A stretch of DNA of 8,087 nucleotides from Zygophlyctis sp. KS116 (lineage: Eukaryota; Fungi; Chytridiomycota): NCBI GenBank assembly GCA_054661495.1, contig BAAFSQ010000388.1:1-8087 (forward strand), written 5' to 3'. A program made the translations under genes and the position numbers. The notes below the pieces were generated by a model. It made no database searches and was not told the DNA's origin. It was given only the letters and a program-made list of their open reading frames with translations. This document shows positions 7,740 to 8,087 of this stretch, in pieces. Within the stretch, counting starts at the first letter, position 1. Every line of letters starts with the position of its first letter.

Positions 7740-7751
7740 GGTTAGGGTTAG
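7740..7751 (+). repeat. Telomere-type (TTAGGG)n micro-tract at an internal deletion junction
   Basis: (ta)GGTTAGGGTTAG joins the truncated transposase to the truncated HIRAN-like gene. Confidence 0.8.
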
Positions 7752-8010
7752 TTTCGTAGGAATTTGTAGATTTACTATATAATTTAATAATTTGAGCCAG
7801 CTTATTTTCATAGCATCTTTTAAATGGAAGAAATTCCTTAGCGACATGTCCAACTAAGTCTGATTCCACTCCATTCTTAATTTCAAAAGCTTTTAAACTG
7901 TATTCATTTTTATCCTGTTCATTCAAAAATACATCGGGCTATAGAATCACAACGCTGTTTTCTTGCATTTCAGAACTATAATTATGAAGTCCAACAATTA
8001 GAAGATTCAT
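7752..8010 (-). pseudogene. HIRAN-like accessory gene inside the pogo element, 3'-truncated
   Basis: From ATG at 8010: MNLLIVGLHNYSSEMQENSVVIL*PDVFLNEQDKNEYSLKAFEIKNGVESDLVGHVAKEFLPFKRCYENKLAQIIKLYS, with the HIRAN-like layout IVG..Y / L.P..N..D / VGHV..E. In-frame TAG at 7941-7939. Confidence 0.55.
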
Positions 8011-8066
8011 TTGAAAATTGAAAGCTAGTAAAGCTTAAAAACAGGGTAAATGTTTTTTTGTAAAAA

Positions 8067-8087
8067 GTTCGTTCGACCAACGCGTTC
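8067..8087 (-). repeat. Right subterminal repeat and probable beginning of the right TIR
   Basis: GTTCGTTCGACCA (8067-8079), followed 17 nt later by a new GTTC (8084-8087) at the window edge. Confidence 0.75.

Larger units (their letters stand above)
6925..8087 (+). mobile_element. pogo-superfamily (Tc1/mariner-IS630) DNA transposon, internally deleted; right end just beyond the window
   Basis: TA (6923-6924) followed by CCGTAATTCCGATGGTCGAACGAAC. Inverted copies of the motif occur at 6987-7006 and 8067-8079. Encloses a transposase remnant. Confidence 0.85.

Noticed and set aside
926-7941. TAG reassigned to a sense codon (in-frame TAG at 926, 2018 and 7941)
   Set aside because: Only three cases, in genes that also carry frameshifts, deletions and an in-frame TGA. 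Ordinary nonsense mutation (e.g. CAG>TAG) is sufficient, and there are too few sites to claim RIP either.
6930-8087. Recurring GTTCG(T/G)TCGACCA motif as a CRISPR or attachment-site repeat
   Set aside because: The copies are inverted and irregularly spaced, there are no cas genes, and transposon ends explain them fully.
1-8087. Bacterial retron, integron or defence island (RT + recombinase + NTPase + HIRAN)
   Set aside because: The RTs are LTR-retrotransposon types, the genes carry spliceosomal introns, and all are broken fragments with no operon structure.

Overview
AT-rich eukaryotic DNA, probably from a fungus or fungal relative with a compact genome. It is a nested graveyard of decayed transposable elements, with no intact host gene, RNA gene or CRISPR array. 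Left to right: (1) a Ty1/Copia RT fragment (-); (2) a CryptonF-type tyrosine-recombinase pseudogene with five 26-30 nt GT-AG introns and a truncated GCR1_C domain (+); (3) an internally deleted Ty3/Gypsy gag-pol with PPT and 3' LTR start (+); (4) a Copia integrase fragment (-) containing a perfect 14-bp hairpin; (5) the C-terminus of a second, CryptonS-like element (+); (6) a DUF3987/YfjI-like P-loop NTPase gene with host-type micro-introns (-); (7) an unassigned ORF remnant (-); (8) a pogo-superfamily transposon (TA + CCGTA end) with a transposase (+) and a convergent HIRAN-like gene (-). The most striking unexplained pattern is short (TTAGGG)n tracts sitting exactly at rearrangement or deletion junctions: 5541-5551 and 7740-7751, with weaker cases at 2739-2745 and 3239-3246. 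This suggests telomerase-assisted break repair reshaped the locus. All family calls are by-eye motif recognition, not database searches.
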